Source: Candidatus Thorarchaeota archaeon (GTDB lineage: Archaea; Asgardarchaeota; Thorarchaeia; Thorarchaeales; Thorarchaeaceae). Taken from it: a stretch of DNA of 10,075 nucleotides. The stretch spans positions 1-10,075 of the forward strand of contig JAOUFI010000084.1 in the NCBI GenBank assembly GCA_029858305.1, read 5' to 3'. Shown here piece by piece: positions 1 through 5,422 of the stretch. The notes under the pieces are model-generated. The model worked only from the letters and a program-made list of their open reading frames with translations, was not told where the DNA came from and did not search any database. The translations under genes and the position numbers were made by a program. Positions within the stretch are counted from its first letter, which is position 1, and each line of letters opens with the position of its first letter.

Positions 1-138
1 AAACGAAATTAGTCCACTATGAGCCCCCAGACCGTGAAATCCTAGGATAATCGCACGTGGCTTTTCGATAGGTTTCCATACTCTGAGGAGCATGATTGTC
101 CCATCATAACCTGAATATTGTTCATCTTCAGTAGACAT
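1..138 (-). CDS. Alpha/beta-hydrolase (lysophospholipase/monoacylglycerol lipase-like, Hydrolase_4), 5' part only; runs off the window edge
   Basis: Manual translation from ATG at 138: MSTEDEQYSGYDGTIMLLRVWKPIEKPRAIILGFHGLGAHSGLISF. The 'W-P---P-A-I---HGLGxHSG' N-terminus is typical of this family. An alternative in-frame ATG lies at 156. Not in the ORF track. Confidence 0.85.
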   Translation of the reverse strand, partial: MSTEDEQYSGYDGTIMLLRVWKPIEKPRAIILGFHGLGAHSGLISF

Positions 139-187
139 TGAAATCGTTGATAACATGAAACAAGCTTGCCTAAGTGTTTTGCTGACG

Positions 188-1018
188 CTACGAATTGTGT
201 TCTAGAATGAATGCAAGTCTTTTACGTGGATAATCGATTACCAATTCCAACTGTCTTAAGATATCATATCCAATAATTCCATGTTCTATGAGCTTTCCCC
301 GCGGTGAAACAGAACCAAGATCTATCACTGCAATCTGCATTTTCTCTTGCTTGAATGATTCGAACGAAAACTGGTCAAGGAAAGCGAATTCTAACTTGAC
401 ATCACCACCAATACCACGAGCAATGCCATCGACAGGTTGTGTTTGGAGACTCAACAACTTGGCAAGGTCTGGAGTAATCACACTGCTTCCAGCTCCTGTA
501 TCAATGACAAAGTCAAATGGACCTTGATGATTGATATAAACAGGAACCTGAATCAGGTGAGTGTCCTCAATGTAGTCGAATTGTTTCCAAGAAAACTCTG
601 GTTCTTTCTCTGCCTTCGACGAATTTCCTTTACGAAGCTTGAAACGCCGTTTATGATAACTCAAAGAAAGGATGCAGTGTTGCAAAGTGCTATGACCAAG
701 AACTCCGTCACGTGCTCCACACCCTCCCAGCATCGAGTTCAGGTCCAGTACATACACTTCCTCCCCGTCGAATGTGAGAGAGCCCACAGCAAGACGATTT
801 ATACTCGTAAATCTGGTTGAAACACTTCCACCAACCCCTCTTGCATCATTCTTGGAATTCTGATAGGTTTGGAGGCCAAGACTCTCTGCGAGATTGCTTG
901 AGAGAGTGGTTCTGGATGCGCCAGTATCCAAATTAAATGTGAAGGGGCCCTGGTCATTAACATAGACCGGGACCTTAACAAGATTTGTGTTTCCTTCTAT
1001 TTGTATTTCTACTTCCAT
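188..1018 (-). CDS. Retropepsin-like (clan AA) aspartic protease with two tandem protease domains
   Basis: Two repeats, each with VPVY(V/I)NxQGPFxFxxDTGA, a flap-like ARG(V/I)GG and a G(V/I)(L/I)G motif (LDTGAS...GVLGHS; IDTGAG...GIIGYD). No signal peptide is visible. Confidence 0.9.
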   Translation of the reverse strand: MEVEIQIEGNTNLVKVPVYVNDQGPFTFNLDTGASRTTLSSNLAESLGLQTYQNSKNDARGVGGSVSTRFTSINRLAVGSLTFDGEEVYVLDLNSMLGGCGARDGVLGHSTLQHCILSLSYHKRRFKLRKGNSSKAEKEPEFSWKQFDYIEDTHLIQVPVYINHQGPFDFVIDTGAGSSVITPDLAKLLSLQTQPVDGIARGIGGDVKLEFAFLDQFSFESFKQEKMQIAVIDLGSVSPRGKLIEHGIIGYDILRQLELVIDYPRKRLAFILEHNS

Positions 1019-1050
1019 GATGACCAGACTCTGCTAATTCATAAAACAGC

Positions 1051-1884
1051 TCACTTTGGCTTTAGTGCAGCGATATAGGCGCTGTATGCGCCGTAGAGAC
1101 TATTACCCGCTTTCCCGGTGATCTCTACATCTACAAATCCAGCATTACGAATGTGAGCAAGATACTCTTCATCGAGAATAGCTCCTCCAATGCATCCTGT
1201 ATATGTAATAACCTCATCACGTACTTCTTTTGGCAATGGTTTTGAAAGGACTATATCAGACACCATAATCCTGCCGCCAGGACGCAACACTCTATATGCC
1301 TCTTGGAAGACCTTAGACTTGTTTGGAGCCAAGTTGATGACACAATTGCTGATTATCGCATCGACAGAGTCATCATCTACAGGCATATTCTCTATGTCTC
1401 CAAATCGGAAATCCACATTTGTGATTCCAAGTTCTTCAGCATTTTTCTTTGCTTTCTCAATCATTGCGGGAGTCATATCGACTCCAATCACCTTTCCGGT
1501 TGCTCCAACTTTCTTGCTGGCTACAAACATGTCAAGGCCAGCTCCACTACCAAGATCAAGAACGACCTCACCCTCTTTGAGGCTAGCAAGCGCAACTGGA
1601 TTTCCACACCCAGCAAAAGATTCGGTAGCACCCGTCGGCATACCCTCAATATCATAACCTAGAGCTTCCGCAATGTTTACCCTTGTGACTTTGACTTTCT
1701 GTTGAGAACCACAGCAACTCGAGGATGTCTGAGCTGATGCAGAATCACCGCAACTTGCATCGCTGCAACTTGGTGTCTGTTCATCTGCAGTCCAAGTCCC
1801 TTTTGCTACGCGAGAGTAGGCATTTCTCACTGCGTCCTTTATCTCATCAGGTTTCATTTCACTTACTTTTTTCAATTCCGTCAT
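1051..1884 (-). CDS. arsM: Arsenite S-adenosylmethionine methyltransferase
   Basis: Motifs SFAGCGNP, SAM-binding VLDLGSGAG(L)D, GVDMT, ISNCVINL and GCIGGA, plus the N-terminal 'IKDAVRNAYS' helix and a Cys/Ser-rich segment. Start moved from TTG 1899 to ATG 1884 because GGTGAT lies 3 nt upstream of it. Confidence 0.92.
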   Translation of the reverse strand: MTELKKVSEMKPDEIKDAVRNAYSRVAKGTWTADEQTPSCSDASCGDSASAQTSSSCCGSQQKVKVTRVNIAEALGYDIEGMPTGATESFAGCGNPVALASLKEGEVVLDLGSGAGLDMFVASKKVGATGKVIGVDMTPAMIEKAKKNAEELGITNVDFRFGDIENMPVDDDSVDAIISNCVINLAPNKSKVFQEAYRVLRPGGRIMVSDIVLSKPLPKEVRDEVITYTGCIGGAILDEEYLAHIRNAGFVDVEITGKAGNSLYGAYSAYIAALKPK

Positions 1885-1916
1885 ATTATCACCATTCAAT
1901 CCATTCTTTTAAAATC

Positions 1917-2087
1917 CTAAACAGATTCTATCATATCAGAGTTATATTTTCGCGATTGCGATCCGCAGCACCCAGATGTGATCCTTTTATCAGTTATATT
2001 ACATGAAGATACTTTGGAGTAGGCTTCCTTAATGGCTTTCTTTATTTCCTCAGATTCCATTTCGCTGACTTCTTTTCCTTCAGTCAT
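1917..2087 (-). CDS. 56-aa microprotein paralogous to the ArsM N-terminus (C-x10-CC)
   Basis: Manual translation MTEGKEVSEMESEEIKKAIKEAYSKVSSCNITDKRITSGCCGSQSRKYNSDMIESV*. 16 of the first 26 residues are identical to ArsM and CCGSQ is shared. GGTGAT SD 3 nt upstream. Could instead be a duplication remnant. Confidence 0.75.
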   Translation of the reverse strand: MTEGKEVSEMESEEIKKAIKEAYSKVSSCNITDKRITSGCCGSQSRKYNSDMIESV

Positions 2088-2227
2088 ATGATCACCACTT
2101 TCAATGGATTTTCTTCTGATAAATCATAGTCACAGCATAGTGATTGTGAATATGAGCTTCTAGTATTCATTCGATCCATGATTCCACATTTCAGAACTAT
2201 GTTTGTATGAATTCCATTTTCAGTCAT
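2084..2227 (-). CDS. 47-aa hypothetical microprotein (C-x16-CC)
   Basis: Manual translation MTENGIHTNIVLKCGIMDRMNTRSSYSQSLCCDYDLSEENPLKVVII*. AGGTGAT SD 3 nt upstream. Its TGA overlaps the next ATG (ATGA, 2084-2087). It is the first ORF after the divergent promoter. Confidence 0.6.
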   Translation of the reverse strand: MTENGIHTNIVLKCGIMDRMNTRSSYSQSLCCDYDLSEENPLKVVII

Positions 2228-2241
2228 TCAATCACCTTCTG

Positions 2242-2301
2242 TATTGGATGTCCAATATTGGGCATCCTATATATACATTTAAATGTATCGGACGTGCAAT
2301 A
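2242..2301. promoter_or_regulatory. Divergent promoter with three palindromic operator boxes (TATTGGA-NN-TCCAATA) and TATA elements
   Basis: Box 1 2242-2257 TATTGGATGTCCAATA (perfect arms). Box 2 2256-2271 TATTGGGCATCCTATA. Box 3 2286-2301 TATCGGACGTGCAATA. TATATATA at 2268-2275, and TTTAAA at 2278-2283 inside the perfect palindrome ATACATTTAAATGTAT (2273-2288). Confidence 0.8.
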
Positions 2302-2307
2302 CATCAT

Positions 2308-2679
2308 ATGGAAGACCCTTCGGAATCTGCTCCCTGTTGTCCACCTGAGTGTTGTGATATGAGGGGACTTCTTACCTTCCAGATTCTTTGGGAACTTGAT
2401 AAAGAAGAGATGAATGGGCAAGAGATAGCTGAGAAGATATCCAGGAGAAGGGGAACCAAACCAACTCCAGGAACGATCTATCCTGCGTTGAAAGAGCTGA
2501 AGAAGGAGAAGCTGATTAAAGGGCGAAAGGATGGTCGACAAATCGTCTACTCTTTGACGGAAGCAGGAAAGAAAGGATTAGTTGACGCCTCAAGATATTT
2601 TCTCCAAGCATTTGGAGACATTGCGGAAGATGTCAAGATCAAGGTTGTAGTCATTAGGCGTGACGATTGCAGCTGCTAA
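2308..2679 (+). CDS. PadR-family winged-helix transcriptional regulator with Cys-rich termini
   Basis: RGLLTFQILWEL...MNGQEI...PTPGTIYPALKELKKEKLI...YSLTEAGK is a PadR wHTH signature. N-terminal CCPPECC and C-terminal CSC. Start placed at ATG 2308, about 25 nt after TTTAAA (probably leaderless); the track's 2203 start would run through the promoter. Confidence 0.88.
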   Translation: MEDPSESAPCCPPECCDMRGLLTFQILWELDKEEMNGQEIAEKISRRRGTKPTPGTIYPALKELKKEKLIKGRKDGRQIVYSLTEAGKKGLVDASRYFLQAFGDIAEDVKIKVVVIRRDDCSC

Positions 2680-2804
2680 TTCGTTATTGTACTTCATCCT
2701 TGTTCATAGCATGCCTACATGTCTAGAAGTCAATCTTTTGCATTTTATCTATGGCTTGCATATGGCTCAAATTTAAAAGGATACTACAGTACAAGACCCA
2801 AGTT

Positions 2805-2823
2805 CCTTATATACTATATAAGG
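2805..2823. promoter_or_regulatory. Palindromic double TATA element, probable tbp promoter
   Basis: CCTTATATA-C-TATATAAGG, perfect 9-bp arms. The TATATAAG half lies about 27-34 nt upstream of the tbp ATG. Confidence 0.65.
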
Positions 2824-2848
2824 CAAATGAGAAGGCAGGTTAGAATAG

Positions 2849-3460
2849 ATGCCACGTCCCGACCCAATAACAAAGATTGAGAACGTTGTTGCCTCAGTTA
2901 TTCTGAATCAGCGGTTAGATCTCGATGAGATTGCGGCTACAATGCCCAACGTTGAATTTGATCCCGAGCAATTCCCTGGTCTTGTATATCGGCTCAAGAC
3001 ACCAAAGACTGCAACTCTGATTTTCAACTCAGGGAAGATGGTATGCACTGGTGCCAAGTCAGAGAAGGAATCGAAACGAGCAGTACACAAGATCGTCAAG
3101 AATGTTAAAGAAGCTGGAATAGAAATCACAGGCAAACCGATTATCACCGTCCAAAATATTGTGGCTAGTGCGAATCTGGGTGCAGAACTGAACCTTGAAC
3201 TAGCCGCAATGAAACTTGAAAATACTCTCTATGAGCCCGAACAGTTCCCTGGTCTGATCTACAGAATGAGAGACCCCAAAGTAGTAATTCTCTTGTTTGG
3301 CTCTGGAAAACTTGTCATAACAGGTGCCAAGTTTGAACCTCAGATTCAAGAGGCGGCAGTGAAGGTAATGGACCGTCTTTTGGAGCTTGGTGTTATGAGA
3401 ATTCCTGAGGGCGAAGACTGGGGCCAAGTAAAAACAGATGATGAAAACGAGGACTGGTAA
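2849..3460 (+). CDS. tbp: TATA-box-binding protein
   Basis: Two TBP repeats: ENVVAS...PEQFPGLVYR...LIFNSGKMVCTGAKS and QNIVAS...YEPEQFPGLIYR...LLFGSGKLVITGAK. Acidic C-terminal tail as in archaeal TBPs. Confidence 0.98.
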   Translation: MPRPDPITKIENVVASVILNQRLDLDEIAATMPNVEFDPEQFPGLVYRLKTPKTATLIFNSGKMVCTGAKSEKESKRAVHKIVKNVKEAGIEITGKPIITVQNIVASANLGAELNLELAAMKLENTLYEPEQFPGLIYRMRDPKVVILLFGSGKLVITGAKFEPQIQEAAVKVMDRLLELGVMRIPEGEDWGQVKTDDENEDW

Positions 3461-3478
3461 TTCTTTAAAATGTGGTTG

Positions 3479-3516
3479 GGCTCTCGACGCAGCGGAAGAG
3501 CCTCGAGAGCCTTTTT
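3479..3516 (+). terminator. Stem-loop followed by T-run downstream of tbp (putative terminator or 3' stabilising hairpin)
   Basis: GGCTCTCGA (3479-3487) pairs with TCGAGAGCC (3503-3511), 15-nt loop, then TTTTT (3512-3516). Lies between convergent genes. Confidence 0.6.
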
Positions 3517-3579
3517 GCCGGGGATAGTGGGATAACATCGATGAATAGTGTAATTCGTATTGGGCGGGCACCTGACTTT

Positions 3580-3888
3580 CTAGAATAAATTACTCCATCG
3601 TACACGACGTTCAGAACCCAAACCACTCCAATTGTCTACAAGACCAGTCGTTATAAGCCGGGGATAGTTCTTGCTTGATCTAATACACGAGGAACATGGA
3701 CTTGGTTTCCAGTATGCAAGATTGCTTAGGTTGTGGGAACAACTAATGCAATTCTTGACTTCTGTTTTCTTTTCTGACGCATTACGATTTCTGTATTTCT
3801 TAGCAAACCAGCCTCTGAAATTGGAATGTGGCACCACTTTCTGAGTTTCCTTTACAGAATTGACCAGAGACCCTACTCGAATCATCAT
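3580..3888 (-). CDS. Small basic hypothetical protein with putative zinc-binding CxxC...CxxC motif
   Basis: CISC-x14-CSSC in a 102-aa Lys/Arg-rich ORF. It fills the gap between tbp and the RHH gene and has an upstream TATA-like element. Confidence 0.65.
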   Translation of the reverse strand: MMIRVGSLVNSVKETQKVVPHSNFRGWFAKKYRNRNASEKKTEVKNCISCSHNLSNLAYWKPSPCSSCIRSSKNYPRLITTGLVDNWSGLGSERRVRWSNLF

Positions 3889-3937
3889 TGTATACCACTG
3901 TATAACAACTGTATACGAAATGTTATAAAGTTATTTA
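3889..3937 (-). promoter_or_regulatory. Helically phased TGTATA direct repeats plus BRE/TATA-like element (candidate RHH operator/promoter)
   Basis: TGTATA at 3889, 3899 and 3910 and TGTTATA at 3921 (spacing 10, 11, 11). The minus strand reads AAATAAC-TTTATAAC over about 3936-3922. Confidence 0.6.
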
Positions 3938-3987
3938 CATTTCTAATAAGGCTAGCGATTGAATAAAGAGCAGTGAGAGGATTGCTG

Positions 3988-4170
3988 TTGGCAAAACGGA
4001 AAAATGAAGTGAAAATTGATGATATCATGGTTCGTGTACCAAGAGCTCTTCAGAAGAGATACGAAGGTCTCCTAAAGCGGGATTCGTGGAGATCCTTTCC
4101 TGCATTTGTGAGAGAAGCAGTGAGAGCATCTCTTGAAAAATATGAAACCCTTGAACGAGAGCGCGATTAA
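3988..4170 (+). CDS. Ribbon-helix-helix (CopG/Arc/MetJ-like) DNA-binding protein
   Basis: IMVRVPRALQKRYEGLLKRDSWRSFPAFVREAVRASLEKY shows the alternating beta strand, helix, S-x-x-x-F-V-R-E-A-V helix pattern. Start is either TTG 3988 (after GAGAGGA) or GTG 3973. Confidence 0.75.
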   Translation: MAKRKNEVKIDDIMVRVPRALQKRYEGLLKRDSWRSFPAFVREAVRASLEKYETLERERD

Positions 4171-4230
4171 TCGCAGATTCCACTTCCTTGATGCACGAAC
4201 TTTTGGAATTCTAACGACAAAGATGGCGAT

Positions 4231-5334
4231 TCATTTCTTCTTAGATTTCTTTGTATCTTTCTTTGATTCTTTTTTCTTGGTCGATTTCTTTGCTACATTA
4301 TTACTCTTGATCTTCGTATCAGACATCTTGATCTTCTTTGATGACATAACGATCTCTTGATTCTGTGCTTTTGCCCAGAGATCTACAGTCGCTGTTTGAT
4401 CTTCAATAATCTTGAGATTTGGTCTCTTTATTTCAGTAATCTGTTCCTTCTTAATGATTTTCGCGCCCAGGCGCTGTGCAAGGCGTAGAATTCTGACAGT
4501 AGATCTTGTCTGAAGAGCTTCATTAAACATGATAACAGGCAAGATATAGGCCATTACAAAGAATGGAAGACCAAGTGTCCAAAGAAGACCAAGTGTCCCC
4601 TGATAGATGACTAGTCCTGTTAGTTCGTTTGGTGGGATGGTTCCCTGGAGTATAGGTAGAATCAAGGGATTATAGAATTGGCTCAGAAACATTGTGATTG
4701 GGTAAGCTAGCAGAGCATATCCTCCAAGCATATTCGCAATCCATCGACCCACACCCTGAGTATCAGGAGTTTGTCGCAATTCCAAACTATCAGACTTAAG
4801 ATGGGTCACAACGCCCGCATCATTTAGTATCCAGGTGGGCATGAAAAGAATTAGTGCAATCGGAACAAAGAGTAGAGCACTCATTAATGAAAGCCCAGCC
4901 TCGTGCAAAGGCGCTATTTCCGCAATAGGAGCATAACCAAATGGAAATAATATGTTCTTAATGACATCACGAAACAGCTGGGATGATGCCACACTGAATA
5001 AAGCTGGAGCAGCCGCCCTTCGGATAATCTGGGTTCCATTAAAGTCCCTCCCTATGTTCATAATGTCCATTTCGTAGCGGGCGGACTTGACAATTCTGGT
5101 GATGACAAGAAGCACAACAGCCGCAGGGACTGCAAGAATAACATATTCAATCATGAAGATTGGGAATGCGATGATCATGATAGTAACAATATCATTTCCA
5201 AGAGTTTCGCTTAGCATTGTGGGAAAAAGAGATGTGGGTGGGACTGGCTCTGTTATTGTCATGATAAGTTGCACGGCAACAGCCATGCCTGCTACAAACA
5301 TGAAAGTCGGGAGTATGAACCTTGCTTTTCCCAT
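4231..5334 (-). CDS. Hypothetical polytopic membrane protein with Lys-rich C-terminal tail
   Basis: Long ORF with about 6 hydrophobic segments. The last 38 aa contain 17 Lys. ATG 5334 preferred over the track start at 5346. Confidence 0.8.
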   Translation of the reverse strand: MGKARFILPTFMFVAGMAVAVQLIMTITEPVPPTSLFPTMLSETLGNDIVTIMIIAFPIFMIEYVILAVPAAVVLLVITRIVKSARYEMDIMNIGRDFNGTQIIRRAAAPALFSVASSQLFRDVIKNILFPFGYAPIAEIAPLHEAGLSLMSALLFVPIALILFMPTWILNDAGVVTHLKSDSLELRQTPDTQGVGRWIANMLGGYALLAYPITMFLSQFYNPLILPILQGTIPPNELTGLVIYQGTLGLLWTLGLPFFVMAYILPVIMFNEALQTRSTVRILRLAQRLGAKIIKKEQITEIKRPNLKIIEDQTATVDLWAKAQNQEIVMSSKKIKMSDTKIKSNNVAKKSTKKKESKKDTKKSKKK

Positions 5335-5422
5335 GCTACAAACCAAAGTTCTGGCATTGCAATGGTATTGTTAAGGTTTACGAGAAACCAATACAACGTA
5401 TTTTTGGTCTGCTTTTGTTTGA

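Noticed and set aside
288-2006. Plus-strand ORFs 288-527, 437-820, 1190-1657, 1303-1662, 1725-2006 and minus-strand 799-981
   Set aside because: Antisense or out-of-frame shadows of well-supported genes, with no recognisable motifs.
1051-2227. Selenocysteine readthrough or frameshift fusing the microORFs to arsM
   Set aside because: ArsM Cys motifs use normal Cys codons. MicroORF-B ends in TAG, and the TGA of microORF-A is explained by the ATGA overlap. Each ORF has its own SD and no SECIS was recognised.
2203-2307. 35-aa N-terminal extension of PadR in the ORF track
   Set aside because: It runs across the operator/TATA region and overlaps microORF-A. ATG 2308 fits promoter spacing.
2849-3460. 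Internal repeat and acidic EDW-containing tail in tbp
   Set aside because: The two-fold repeat and acidic tail are standard features of archaeal TBP.
3517-3668. 12-bp direct repeat GCCGGGGATAGT (3517-3528, 3657-3668), resembling a tRNA 5' end or att site
   Set aside because: No cloverleaf or T-loop follows, no integrase is nearby, and one copy is inside a CDS. A single 12-mer repeat in 10 kb is compatible with chance.
4231-4250. C-terminal KxKxx resembling a eukaryotic di-lysine retrieval signal
   Set aside because: The match is trivial in a tail that is about 45% Lys, and nothing else supports it.
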